From the IMG/VR virus record IMGVR_UViG_3300000969_000009, positions 1 through 43,942 of that record: a stretch of 43,942 bases of DNA; one strand, given 5' to 3'. This stretch comes from a virus. Every line of letters begins with the position of its first letter. Position 1 is the first letter of the stretch. Position numbers and translations under genes: made by a program. The notes beneath the pieces are model-generated. The model saw only the letters and a program-made list of their open reading frames with translations. It had not been told where the DNA came from and did no database searches. Below, in pieces: positions 35,154 through 42,558 of this stretch.

Positions 35154-36485
35154 TTAGTTCTCTCTCGATTGATATTCAAAGTCATCGAAGCGCTGAAACT
35201 CACCACGGAAAACAACGTTTCTAACGCCAAGCTCGCCGCCTCGATTCTTTCTAATTAAAATTTCTGCAACGCCCTTTCTTTCTGTGTCTGGGTTGTACAT
35301 CTCGTCGCGGTAAACAAACATGATTACGTCCGCGTCTTGCTCAATTGCGCCCGACTCCCTCAAATCGCTCATAACAGGTCTTTTGTCTGGACGCGCATCA
35401 ACACTCCTGTTTAGCTGAGATAACAGCACCACGGGGACATTAAGCTGCTTAGATAGGTTTTTAAGCTGCCTTGTAACCATCCCCACCGATAAATCAACGC
35501 GATCTGCCTTGGGTAGCTTCATTAGCTGCAAGTAATCAATTAACACAAGGTCAAGCCCGTGAGCGTTTTTAACTTTTCGGCATGTTGATCTAATGTGATC
35601 AATGGTGATGTCAGCGCCGTCGTCTATGAACATTTTCCAAGGTGTATCACCCGCCGCGATGCGTCCAGTTGCCGACGTAATACGCGCCCAGTCATCGCCC
35701 AACTCTTTTGGTCGATTAATCTTGCCGTAATCAACGCGCCCTTGGCTTGATAGAATCTTCGCTCCAATTTCTTCGTTTGGCATTTCCATTGTGAAAATCT
35801 GAGCCGTACCACCCGCATTGCACACAGCCTCGGCCATGTTCATCGAGAATGTTGTTTTGCCCATCGAAGGACGCCCCGCAATCACGTATAGCTTTGGCTG
35901 CAATCCGCTTGTGATTTTGTCGATGTCTCGCAGCCCAGTAGACCACCCGATTAACTCGCCCGACATGTTCATGTTTTTGTCTAGCATGTCGTTGGTGTTC
36001 ATCAGCACGTCGCGGATGCTTAGATTGTTTCCTTGCGTGCGATCTACAGTGATATTTGACGTATCTTGTGCCAGCTTGTTTGTGATGTCGTCTGGAGTTA
36101 GCCCAGAAGGCTCGTAAGCGCTCTGTATCGTGTCATTGCATGTCTCAATGATCTTGCGTAGCGCCCAGCGATCACGAACGATCTTCGCGTAGCTCACGAC
36201 CCTTGATGATGTTGGCGTATTTCTGCTGAGTGAGTTCAAATAACCCATATCAACGTCGCTGCCCTGAACCATCAAATGCTCTGCAACAGTCACCACATCA
36301 ATCTCTTTCGCTTTCTCGCTCATTGCTGAAATAGCAGAAAATATTTCTTGATGGTCTGTACGGTAAAAATTATCTGGCGTTAAAATTTCTAGCACGTCGT
36401 CAACACATCGGCTGTCAATTATCATCGCGCCCAGTGTCGATTGCTCAGCCTCGATTGCTTGAGGTGGTAAATTAAGGTTATCCAT
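35154..36485 (-). CDS. dnaB: replicative DNA helicase (DnaB family)
   Basis: 443-aa ORF. N-terminal PPQAIEAEQSTLGAMI, Walker A GRPSMGKTTF, LIDYLQLM and LSQLNRS motifs. Confidence 0.92.
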   Translation of the reverse strand: MDNLNLPPQAIEAEQSTLGAMIIDSRCVDDVLEILTPDNFYRTDHQEIFSAISAMSEKAKEIDVVTVAEHLMVQGSDVDMGYLNSLSRNTPTSSRVVSYAKIVRDRWALRKIIETCNDTIQSAYEPSGLTPDDITNKLAQDTSNITVDRTQGNNLSIRDVLMNTNDMLDKNMNMSGELIGWSTGLRDIDKITSGLQPKLYVIAGRPSMGKTTFSMNMAEAVCNAGGTAQIFTMEMPNEEIGAKILSSQGRVDYGKINRPKELGDDWARITSATGRIAAGDTPWKMFIDDGADITIDHIRSTCRKVKNAHGLDLVLIDYLQLMKLPKADRVDLSVGMVTRQLKNLSKQLNVPVVLLSQLNRSVDARPDKRPVMSDLRESGAIEQDADVIMFVYRDEMYNPDTERKGVAEILIRKNRGGELGVRNVVFRGEFQRFDDFEYQSREN

Positions 36486-37320
36486 TTTGTTTTGCCTCGA
36501 TTGCGTTAATCAGTCCCCAACGGTCTAAGCCGCTTGTTTGAATGCTCAGCTCACCTGCGAGAGAAACCAGCTCAGCGTCACCAAGTTTTTTAACGCTCGG
36601 TTTTTGATTCTGTTCACCAGATAACCAAGACGTATCAAAACCAGCCCATGATTTTTCCACTGCAAATATTGCAGCTTCGTTAGCACTCAAGTTTGATTTA
36701 TCAATTTCGTTTTTAATTTTGTTAAACGCTGTTTTTGTATTTGATGCTTTTTTGTTTTTACGAACTATTAACCAGTCATCTACAACCTGTTTATCAATAC
36801 CTAAGTCAATCAACGAGTTTTTAAAATTAAAACCAGCCGTAGGCTTTGAGTCGACAGACGATTCTTTTTCTTGGTTATTGGTTATTGGTTTATGGTTCTT
36901 GGTTCTTGGTTCTTGGTTAGGGTTTAATTCGCTTTCACTTGGGTTATCCAAATTAACCGACTGGGTTTTTTTCGGTTTATCAGATTCACTAAGTGGTTGT
37001 TTTTTAGGTCGTCCGCCTTTCTTGCCATTAACCTTGTTTTTATTACATTTGCTCTGATAATCTTCAATTTCTGAGTCAATACGCTTGTGATGCCATTCAT
37101 CACCAACCAAAATAAAGAAATCATTCAGCACATTTTCAAGCAAACTTAACTGATCGCTACCCAACCGCAACCGACGAATAACCGACTGGGTTTTTTTCGG
37201 TATTGGCTTTTCATCCAAGTAATAAGAGTCCATCAAGGATCGGTATATGTAATGCTCTAGTGGCTCAAGGTGGTGAGTGTCTTTGCGATAGTCAGCAATA
37301 TTAAAGCTGTAGTAATGCAT
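36478..37320 (-). CDS. replication initiation protein (DUF1376 / YdaU-like N-terminal domain)
   Basis: 280-aa ORF. MHYYSFNIADYRKDTHHLEPLEHYIYRSLMDSYY is typical of DUF1376. It lies directly upstream of and overlaps dnaB. Confidence 0.65.
   Translation of the reverse strand: MHYYSFNIADYRKDTHHLEPLEHYIYRSLMDSYYLDEKPIPKKTQSVIRRLRLGSDQLSLLENVLNDFFILVGDEWHHKRIDSEIEDYQSKCNKNKVNGKKGGRPKKQPLSESDKPKKTQSVNLDNPSESELNPNQEPRTKNHKPITNNQEKESSVDSKPTAGFNFKNSLIDLGIDKQVVDDWLIVRKNKKASNTKTAFNKIKNEIDKSNLSANEAAIFAVEKSWAGFDTSWLSGEQNQKPSVKKLGDAELVSLAGELSIQTSGLDRWGLINAIEAKQNG
36871..36926. repeat. tandem array of eight degenerate heptamers TTGGTT(A/C) (iteron-like)
   Basis: The units read ttggtta ttggtta ttggttt atggttc ttggttc ttggttc ttggtta gggttta. 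The period of 7 is not a multiple of 3, yet the array lies inside the initiator ORF. Confidence 0.8.
36954..36976. repeat. 23-nt perfect direct repeat, copy 1
   Basis: taaccgactgggtttttttcggt is identical to 37179-37201. Both copies encode PKKTQSV in the initiator. Confidence 0.85.
37179..37201. repeat. 23-nt perfect direct repeat, copy 2
   Basis: Identical to 36954-36976, with a spacing of 225 bp. Confidence 0.85.
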
Positions 37321-37322
37321 AA

Positions 37323-37862
37323 TTATGTCTTTACGCCTTCGTTTGACAGTTCAATTTTTTGCAATTCGCGCACTGTTCCTGATAGCTCTTCTGTAAAATT
37401 GCTTGGCTCTTCATAATTCATAATTGCAGGAATTTCAAAAAAACGAATTCCGCAGCTCATGTGTAGCTGATATGTGTACGCACTAAGCCAAGGAATTTCG
37501 TCAATCATGAACTTCAAGTCCATTGACGCTAGACTGCTGCCAAGCAAAACACCAGAAATCTCATAATCTAAATCACTGTGATATTCGCGCATATACTCAT
37601 CGATACCTCTTTTATATCGGCATATTTGAGATATGGCATCTTTGTTTAGAGCGCATTTTTTCAGCTCCATCAATTGAATTTCAATAACTCCAGAATCATC
37701 ACAACGACAAACCCGAACTATGTCCGCTATTCCGTAAATACCTAATTTAAGTTGTGTAAACTGTTTTCTATAATTAAGATTTGTGACGACACAGGAAAAA
37801 TAGTCGTCTTGCATCTCGCTAGACAGGTAAATTTCTAGCTCTCTTTCGCTTTCTAAAATCAT
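37323..37862 (-). CDS. PD-(D/E)xK nuclease-fold protein (putative)
   Basis: 179-aa ORF. An N-terminal acidic helix (ESERELE), then GIADIV and IQLMELKK, fit an E...D...ExK arrangement. Confidence 0.4.
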   Translation of the reverse strand: MILESERELEIYLSSEMQDDYFSCVVTNLNYRKQFTQLKLGIYGIADIVRVCRCDDSGVIEIQLMELKKCALNKDAISQICRYKRGIDEYMREYHSDLDYEISGVLLGSSLASMDLKFMIDEIPWLSAYTYQLHMSCGIRFFEIPAIMNYEEPSNFTEELSGTVRELQKIELSNEGVKT

Positions 37863-37865
37863 TGT

Positions 37866-38060
37866 CTAAAACTCCTCATTAAGCGCCAATAAATACTCAG
37901 CAATGCAAACCCTTGCATAAGCATCATTCGGATTGATAGAGCCGCTTGTAATAGCCCATATCATGCCAATTGGTGAATCAACCTTAGATATTGTGATCTT
38001 CACAGTACCGCCTCCATATTTACCGTATAAGTAATGTATAAAGCACCAAAGAAGGCGCAT
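37866..38060 (-). CDS. hypothetical small protein (true start possibly GTG at 38003)
   Basis: 64-aa track ORF with no SD at its ATG. An internal GTG at 38003 is preceded by GGAGG at a 7-nt spacing, which would give 45 aa. Confidence 0.45.
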   Translation of the reverse strand: MRLLWCFIHYLYGKYGGGTVKITISKVDSPIGMIWAITSGSINPNDAYARVCIAEYLLALNEEF

Positions 38061-38090
38061 ATAATTACGATTATTAATAGTTGTGTTTGG

Positions 38091-38234
38091 TTATCCATTG
38101 TTCCCGTTCATGAAGCGGCAAAAGTTAATTGCCGCCATGATTTTCTTGTTTGTGTTTAGGTGTTCGCGTCCTTTCGTGACAGACCATGATCCGCCAACTA
38201 CTCCAAACTCGATTAATCCTGTATCTGTTTTCAT
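38091..38234 (-). CDS. 47-aa ORF, below the ORF-track cutoff
   Basis: I translated it by hand as MKTDTGLIEFGVVGGSWSVTKGREHLNTNKKIMAAINFCRFMNGNNG. No clear SD, so it is uncertain. Confidence 0.25.
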   Translation of the reverse strand: MKTDTGLIEFGVVGGSWSVTKGREHLNTNKKIMAAINFCRFMNGNNG

Positions 38235-38262
38235 TATTATAATTTATTTTTATAGTGGTTAA

Positions 38263-38280
38263 CCCCCCCTAAGAGGGGGG
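38263..38280 (-). terminator. G/C hairpin after the regulator gene (possible attenuator; no clean U-tract)
   Basis: The minus strand reads CCCCCC-UCUUA-GGGGGG, 15 nt after the stop at 38295, followed by GUUAACCAC. Confidence 0.3.
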
Positions 38281-38294
38281 CAAAATGGAGGCAA

Positions 38295-38486
38295 TTATTT
38301 TCTCTTTTTTAAATAGTCATAAACCCTCTGCACTTTTGTAACACCCGCTTCAGGGGCATCGCCAGACTTGAAAGTAAGAAGCCATCTGTAGCTAACATCA
38401 CAATCCTCTGATAGCTTCTTCAACGTTATTTTTTTTGTTTTGATTGCTGCTTCAATTGCAGCAATAGTTTTATCGTGTAAGTTCAT
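38295..38486 (-). CDS. small HTH-type transcriptional regulator (Cro-like position)
   Basis: 63-aa ORF. ITLKKLSEDCDVSYRWLLTFKSG looks like a helix-turn-helix. It is the first gene of the minus block, at a divergent promoter region. Confidence 0.5.
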   Translation of the reverse strand: MNLHDKTIAAIEAAIKTKKITLKKLSEDCDVSYRWLLTFKSGDAPEAGVTKVQRVYDYLKKRK

Positions 38487-38493
38487 GTGTTGT

Positions 38494-38523
38494 ATTGTGC
38501 TATATTTAGCGTTAGCATGTCAA
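38494..38523 (-). promoter_or_regulatory. promoter of the regulator gene (TTGACA, 18 nt, CACAAT), giving a leaderless or near-leaderless mRNA
   Basis: The minus strand reads TTGACA (38523-38518) and CACAAT (38499-38494). Only 7 nt separate the -10 from the ATG at 38486, and no SD is present. Confidence 0.5.
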
Positions 38524-38654
38524 CAACTTTATGCAATATATATGCATCAATTTGCTTTGCGATTAACTTGATAATAATCATTAATAAGGAATGAGTTAAA
38601 TTAAGCCTTTCTATGCCCTAAAAAAAATAATGTACATATTTCGCGTAATTGGGG

Positions 38655-38683
38655 TTGACTGCGTGCGCATTATATCGCACAAT
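38655..38683 (+). promoter_or_regulatory. early rightward promoter (TTGACT, 17 nt, CACAAT) with an overlapping inverted repeat
   Basis: TTGACT at 38655-38660 and CACAAT at 38678-38683. The inverted repeat GTGCG-8 nt-CGCAC at 38663-38680 lies in the spacer and -10. Confidence 0.5.
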
Positions 38684-38693
38684 GCAATTCATC

Positions 38694-38774
38694 AAAGCGG
38701 AGCCACTAACTAAAGCGGCTTAACTAACACAGCCCCCCAAGCTGATTGGTGGCGCAATTAAAAACGCTAACTAA
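38694..38774 (+). repeat. repeated (C/T)TAACTAA and AAAGCGG motifs in the early 5-prime leader
   Basis: CTAACTAA at 38706-38713 and 38767-38774, TTAACTAA at 38720-38727, AAAGCGG at 38694-38700 and 38712-38718. Confidence 0.6.
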
Positions 38775-38790
38775 TTTAAAGAGGTGATTT

Positions 38791-39183
38791 ATGTATTTAG
38801 GAGTGAGTGTTGAAGCAGCAGAAAGAAACTATGACGGCGGTGGTATTGCCACTAAAGTTATATGTGACTTGTGTTCTTCAGAAGTCGAGACTGAAGATGG
38901 GTTGCTTTGTGATTATCATATTCAAGAACAGGCGGAGTTGAAAGAAGCAGCAGCAACCGAGGCACTCGACGAAGCTTTTGGCGATCAGCTTTTCGACCAA
39001 TATTACAAGTTTGATAAAGAGTCAGGCCGACACATTCAAAGCACTAGCGATGCTGGATATAAGATTAAAAAAAACCTAATGCTGATCTTGAATAAAGACT
39101 GCATGAGCGATAACCAAAGAATTGATGTGCTTGCAGAATTGAAGCAAGCAATGAAGACAATCAAAGAGCAAGTGGAGAGTTAA
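38791..39183 (+). CDS. acidic early protein, first gene of the rightward operon
   Basis: 130-aa ORF. AGAGGTGA lies upstream of the ATG. By my count it has 26 Asp+Glu against 14 Lys+Arg. Confidence 0.65.
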   Translation: MYLGVSVEAAERNYDGGGIATKVICDLCSSEVETEDGLLCDYHIQEQAELKEAAATEALDEAFGDQLFDQYYKFDKESGRHIQSTSDAGYKIKKNLMLILNKDCMSDNQRIDVLAELKQAMKTIKEQVES

Positions 39184-39184
39184 A

Positions 39185-39652
39185 GTGCATACACCAACTA
39201 GAGAACAATTCAATAGCATCATTGAGCCACTAAAGGCTTATCAGCATAAGTTGCCTGAAGATGTGGATATGCTGGATCCTCGTATTTATCATGCGTGCAA
39301 TACGCCTATGTGCTTTGCTGGTAACTGGTCGATAGCAAGCGGTAATGGAACAGGTTTTACGGATTCTATGGAATTGATTGCCAGTGAACTCGGGTTTTCT
39401 AGCTCTGACGATCTTACTGTTTGGGCTCATGATAACCCTTCCAAGTGGGGAAATAATCATGGAAACTCTATGTTTTCATCAAAGTTTGCTTATTTGACAG
39501 AATTTAATGACAAAGATCTAACCACCGCAAAATTAATCGCATGGTGGGAAGGCGTAAGAGATAGATGCCACCCACAATTACCAGAGCCAATTATTAGCGA
39601 CTGGAATGAATATTTAAACGCACTACCAAACAGGCTGGAGGCTACAGCATGA
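39185..39652 (+). CDS. hypothetical early protein
   Basis: 155-aa ORF with a GTG start 2 nt after the upstream stop and GGAGAG upstream. Confidence 0.65.
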   Translation: MHTPTREQFNSIIEPLKAYQHKLPEDVDMLDPRIYHACNTPMCFAGNWSIASGNGTGFTDSMELIASELGFSSSDDLTVWAHDNPSKWGNNHGNSMFSSKFAYLTEFNDKDLTTAKLIAWWEGVRDRCHPQLPEPIISDWNEYLNALPNRLEATA

Positions 39653-39825
39653 GCTACATGATGGCAGTTAAAGCAGACAAGCAAAGCATTAAGAAGTGGC
39701 AGGACAACCGAGCTAAGAAGATCCGCCAAGACCGCAAAGGCTTAAACAAAGCACAACGCATGGTTTTAAATATCTTTCTAGTTGCTTCTGTAATTGGTGT
39801 GGCTTTATTAATTGAGAGGATTTAG
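39649..39825 (+). CDS. 58-aa tail-anchored small membrane protein, below the ORF-track cutoff
   Basis: I translated it by hand as MSYMMAVKADKQSIKKWQDNRAKKIRQDRKGLNKAQRMVLNIFLVASVIGVALLIERI. It has an ATGA overlap with the upstream gene. Confidence 0.45.
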   Translation: MSYMMAVKADKQSIKKWQDNRAKKIRQDRKGLNKAQRMVLNIFLVASVIGVALLIERI

Positions 39826-39827
39826 TG

Positions 39828-39965
39828 ATGACTTCAGAAGAGGCTCACCAACAAGAATTAGAGCGTCGCGAACTCCTCCAAGGTTTAGGCGTAGTGGCAA
39901 TAGTAATGACGATCAAAGAAATTCAAGAATTAAGCGAGGTTAAAGATGTTCCAGAAAGCAACTAG
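39828..39965 (+). CDS. 45-aa small ORF, below the ORF-track cutoff
   Basis: I translated it by hand as MTSEEAHQQELERRELLQGLGVVAIVMTIKEIQELSEVKDVPESN. GAGAGGA lies 7 nt upstream, and it overlaps the start of the ATPase gene. Confidence 0.35.
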   Translation: MTSEEAHQQELERRELLQGLGVVAIVMTIKEIQELSEVKDVPESN

Positions 39966-40815
39966 ACAACAATCAAAGCTAAGACTCTGCGTTAGTGGAC
40001 CTTCTGGCTCTGGCAAGACATACGGCGCTTTAACTATTGCACAATCAATCAAAGGTGATGGTCGCGTAGCATTTATTGATACAGAAAATGGCAGCGCTTC
40101 TCTTTACGCAAACAACTTTGATTTTGATGTGCTTAATCTAGATCCGCCTTTTACCCCTCAGCGTTTTGTTGAGGCCATAAAGGGAGCTGAGGCGGCTAAC
40201 TACTCTGTAATTGTAATTGATTCAGCCACGCACGAGTGGGAAGGCTCTGGAGGCTGTTTAGAGATAAATGAGGCTACCGCTAGATCTAAATTTAGAGGCA
40301 ATACTTGGTCTGCTTGGAGTGATACAACTAAAGAGCATCAGCAATTCATTAACGCGATTGTTCATAGTCACGCTCATGTTATTTGCACGGCTAGAAGTAA
40401 GACAGAAACGGCTCAATCAGATAACGGCGGTAAAAAAAGCATTGTACGACTTGGCACTAAATTAGTTCAGAGAGATAACTTTGAATATGAGTTTACGCTG
40501 GCTTTTGATCTTGTTCATGATGGGCACTTTGCCGTAGCCATTAAAGATCGAACTGGGATCTTTATAAATCAAGAAAACAAGCCAATCACTCATGAGACTG
40601 GGGATAAGCTACTGGACTGGCTTAATGATGGTCAAAGTGTTGACGACCTACTTTCTACTCACGTAGATGATATTAATTCAGCATCCAATCTAGACGACTT
40701 AAAAGACATCTACACGGCTGCATATCAAGCTATGCGCGTGCATGGGGTTGGTTATTTAGATGATATTAACAATGCTAAAGACGCTAAAAAATTAGAACTA
40801 CAAGAGGCCGCATAA
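39946..40815 (+). CDS. RecA-fold AAA ATPase (Sak4-like recombination protein)
   Basis: 289-aa ORF with Walker A GPSGSGKT, IDTENGS and Walker B VIVIDS. It neighbours the Gp157-like, HNH and SSB genes. Confidence 0.7.
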   Translation: MFQKATRQQSKLRLCVSGPSGSGKTYGALTIAQSIKGDGRVAFIDTENGSASLYANNFDFDVLNLDPPFTPQRFVEAIKGAEAANYSVIVIDSATHEWEGSGGCLEINEATARSKFRGNTWSAWSDTTKEHQQFINAIVHSHAHVICTARSKTETAQSDNGGKKSIVRLGTKLVQRDNFEYEFTLAFDLVHDGHFAVAIKDRTGIFINQENKPITHETGDKLLDWLNDGQSVDDLLSTHVDDINSASNLDDLKDIYTAAYQAMRVHGVGYLDDINNAKDAKKLELQEAA

Positions 40816-41306
40816 TGAATTTATTTGAAATATCAAAAGACTATCAAATCATGTTTAACGACATGCAAGCGCAAGGTATTGAGCCCGAGATTATCGCGGA
40901 CACTCTAGCGTCATACAGTGATGATATTGATTCGAAAATCGAAAACGTGGCGAAGTATCGAGAGAATCTATTAGCAACTGCGAAGGCAAAGAAAGAACTC
41001 GCAGATAAGCTAAACGCTGAAGTTAAAGCGCTAAATAACAAGGCGCTGAGCATTTTTAACTACATTGACGAAAGCATGAAGCGAACGGGCAAAGAATCGA
41101 TTGAATATGACTACTTTAAGATCTCGTATCGAAAGAATCCAGCGTCTTTACAAGTCACCGATGCAGCAAAGATACCAGAGCTATACAAGTTCACTAAGGT
41201 AGAGGAATCAATCGACAAGAACGGCCTTAAAGCGGCTATGAAAGACGGCCTGAAGTGCGAAGGTGCCGAGCTAATAACAGATAAGACAACTATGGTGATT
41301 AAATAA
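40815..41306 (+). CDS. Gp157-like protein (siphovirus Gp157 family)
   Basis: 163-aa ORF. It has an MNLFEISKDYQ-type N-terminus and coiled-coil character, and lies next to the Sak4-like ATPase. Confidence 0.5.
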   Translation: MNLFEISKDYQIMFNDMQAQGIEPEIIADTLASYSDDIDSKIENVAKYRENLLATAKAKKELADKLNAEVKALNNKALSIFNYIDESMKRTGKESIEYDYFKISYRKNPASLQVTDAAKIPELYKFTKVEESIDKNGLKAAMKDGLKCEGAELITDKTTMVIK

Positions 41307-41596
41307 TGAAAACTATGGATCTACCAATTAATTACGATGCTTCTCACTGGTCTATTAGAAGGAAAGCTAGGGAGCAGTATATTAAACAGCAAGATGGACG
41401 GTGTTATTACTGCAATGAGCCGCTAAATCACAAAGCTAGAAATGATGTTTTGACTTCAAAAATAGATGAAAAACTCTTCCCTAGAAATTTCTTCAAATGG
41501 CCTGTACATCTTCATCATGATAGAAAGACTGGGCTAACTTTAGGTGCTACCCATGCGAGATGTAATGCTTACATGTGGCAATACTTAGGAGAATAA
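41306..41596 (+). CDS. HNH endonuclease, endonuclease VII-like
   Basis: 96-aa ORF with CYYCNEPL and HLHHDRKTGLTLGATHARCN (the HxDHD.KTG..RG..C..CN pattern). Confidence 0.6.
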   Translation: MKTMDLPINYDASHWSIRRKAREQYIKQQDGRCYYCNEPLNHKARNDVLTSKIDEKLFPRNFFKWPVHLHHDRKTGLTLGATHARCNAYMWQYLGE

Positions 41597-41598
41597 TA

Positions 41599-42237
41599 AT
41601 GACCACTCCATTACAAGAAGCGTTTCCAGACGTAGATATTATTGAAGGTGTGACTGAGTTTGAGATTACTATGTCAAATACTGCGAACCCAGAAGCCTAT
41701 CAGAAAGGTCAAACCGTTGTACTGGATGCTGATGATGGAAGTGAGTGCCCGTTTTTTATAAATAAATCAAACCAGAAGGATGTTTGCATTCATATCAACA
41801 AGATGAAGGTCAAAAGAGTCTCCGAAAGCAAAACAGTTAAAGCAGAGAATGGCACTTTCGACATCCCAGACGGCTATGAGATAGACACTGTGACGTTTAA
41901 GAAGAAGGCTAATAAGCGGCCTGAGAGCTGGGAGTATTACACTAGATGCAACACTTTATCAGTGAAAGATAGCACTTTTATTGCTTCTTCATACACTCCA
42001 GAGCCATACAAAGCACTGCGAAAGCTTCAGTTGATGCGTGATATGTGGGTAGGCGATTGCAAAGAGCCGCGCGTTTTAGGAAAGCCTTTATGGGTAATCT
42101 CAAGATTATCATCTAATGACGTCTCGGTTCATGAGGCTTATATACCGAGGTCTCTGGAATTTGCTACCGAAACGATGGCTAACGACTTCCTAAAAGCACA
42201 CAAAGAACTAATAGAGCAAGCAAAGACTCTATTGTAA
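41599..42237 (+). CDS. hypothetical protein
   Basis: The track ORF is 41575..42237. The ATG at 41599 (MTTPLQ) has AGGAGAA upstream and follows the HNH stop. Confidence 0.65.
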   Translation: MTTPLQEAFPDVDIIEGVTEFEITMSNTANPEAYQKGQTVVLDADDGSECPFFINKSNQKDVCIHINKMKVKRVSESKTVKAENGTFDIPDGYEIDTVTFKKKANKRPESWEYYTRCNTLSVKDSTFIASSYTPEPYKALRKLQLMRDMWVGDCKEPRVLGKPLWVISRLSSNDVSVHEAYIPRSLEFATETMANDFLKAHKELIEQAKTLL

Positions 42238-42307
42238 GAATTAGGCGCGTATTGCGTCCAATCACGACCCGTGCAAGGGTATTAATCCAAGTTAGGTTGG
42301 ATATGTT

Positions 42308-42349
42308 CCCGCCTTTAGTTGGTGTAAGGGCTTATTAAAGGCGGGTTTT
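42308..42349 (+). terminator. rho-independent terminator
   Basis: CCCGCCTTTA (42308-42317) pairs with TAAAGGCGGG (42336-42345), followed by TTTTATT. Confidence 0.65.
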
Positions 42350-42358
42350 ATTGAGATT

Positions 42359-42558
42359 GTTTATTTGAGTAGCGGCGCTGAGAATCGGGGAAGCGCTTAA
42401 ATATTGGGAAACATGACTAGGGTATTGCTAGTGGAGGCTGTGAGTATAAACACACAAAGACGTCGCTGCCCATACATTGCGACCGCTCTGTGATATTGGG
42501 TTAAAACTTCGAAAGATTTTACCCGAGCTGGAGTTGCGACCAGCCTACTCAAATAAAC
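42359..42558 (+). ncRNA. candidate structured RNA or DNA element closed by a 14-bp perfect inverted repeat
   Basis: GTTTATTTGAGTAG (42359-42372) pairs with CTACTCAAATAAAC (42545-42558). Internal hairpins lie at 42374-42397, 42416-42432, 42462-42483, 42498-42524 and 42527-42544. No ORF of 60 aa or more. Confidence 0.3.

Noticed and set aside
42359-42558. Miniature inverted-repeat transposable element bounded by the 14-bp inverted repeats
   Set aside because: There is no target-site duplication at the flanks (gagatt on the left, tattta on the right) and no second copy in this genome. It remains an alternative explanation in the finding rather than a call.
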